DNA from: Octopus sinensis
Lineage: Eukaryota
NCBI RefSeq assembly: GCF_006345805.1
Contig: NC_042999.1
Location: 149,110,001 to 149,174,000 of the forward strand
Reading direction: 5' to 3'
DNA: 64,000 nucleotides
A model generated the notes under the pieces. The model was not told the origin of the DNA, did no database searches, and saw only the letters and a list, made by a program, of their open reading frames with translations. A program made the translations under genes and the position numbers. Positions 63,258 to 64,000 of this stretch are shown piece after piece; position 1 is the stretch's first letter, and every line of letters begins with the position of its first letter.

Positions 63258-64000
63258 ACTATATATATATATATTAAAACATATACTGTCAGATTATGGA
63301 ATGAAAGATAAGGAATCCAACTCAAATTCTTTGTAATATGACATGAGTCAGTGGTGAATTAAGAAATTTCAAACAAACCAATTACTTTGATACTTGTGCT
63401 TTCCGACCAAGAACTTGGAATATTTTACCACCCATTTCTATCCCACACGATGTTTTAAATATATATACATTTCAGTACAGCAAATTCCTTGTAAATATTC
63501 CTTCTGTGTTGTTTGTATTAGCATGTTCTTAATAGTTGTCAATTGTCAAATTAACACCGATATGCAAATTTACTCACCATGTTTAAATTGAAATACATTC
63601 TTGTCATAGTTTTAAACTGTTCCTTCTTGATAAACACAGTGTCAAGGTGAAACCTACAACAATCAATACACCGTATTGAATCTGAAGTTTCTAAATGATC
63701 ACCTAATTTGACTGTATTTGCTGTGGGAAAATGTGTGTCCTTGTGTACATGATGCTGTTGTTTAGTCCCACATCAGCTGGATCTAGTAAAGCAGAAATAC
63801 ATCATCATCATCATCTTCATCATCATTTAAAGTCCATTTTCCACGCTAGCATGTGTTGGACGGTTTGACCACCGGGGTCTGGGAAGCCAGGAGGCTGCAC
63901 CAGGCTCCAGTCTGATCTGGCAGTGTTTCTACAGCTGGATGCCCACTCCGTGAATGTAGTGAGTGCTTTTTATGTGCCACCAGCACAGGGGCCAGAGGAG

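Overview
AT-rich, repeat-dense eukaryotic genomic DNA. The SINE, RTE and Penelope repertoire and the dense (AT)n/(CA)n/(CAT)n microsatellites suggest an octopod cephalopod (Octopus-like); this is inference. Almost all ORFs in the supplied track are microsatellite or transposon artefacts. Reading splice signals by hand gives two genes on opposite strands that the track mostly misses. (1) A + strand six-coding-exon gene (34087-59590, all introns phase 0) encoding a 217-aa four-transmembrane protein with CD20/MS4A-like architecture. (2) A - strand gene for a von Willebrand factor type C (VWC) repeat protein, with two clear exons (26035-26128, 25748-25921). A candidate two-exon signal peptide (37757-37781 + 36286-36345) may belong to gene 2 and lies inside intron 1 of the + strand gene, which would make the genes overlap head-to-head. 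Further - strand exon candidates occur up to about 55.5 kb. The rest is a layered TE landscape: at least five SINE types, RTE, CR1/L2 and R4/Dong LINE fragments, several Penelope-like elements (one forms a ~340-bp-arm inverted repeat with a split hammerhead-ribozyme motif), solo-LTR-like elements, and hAT, mariner/Tc1, pogo-like, piggyBac-like and Helitron elements. CpG content drops at about 15-16 kb, consistent with gene-body methylation. No rRNA, true tRNA gene or CRISPR array is supported.
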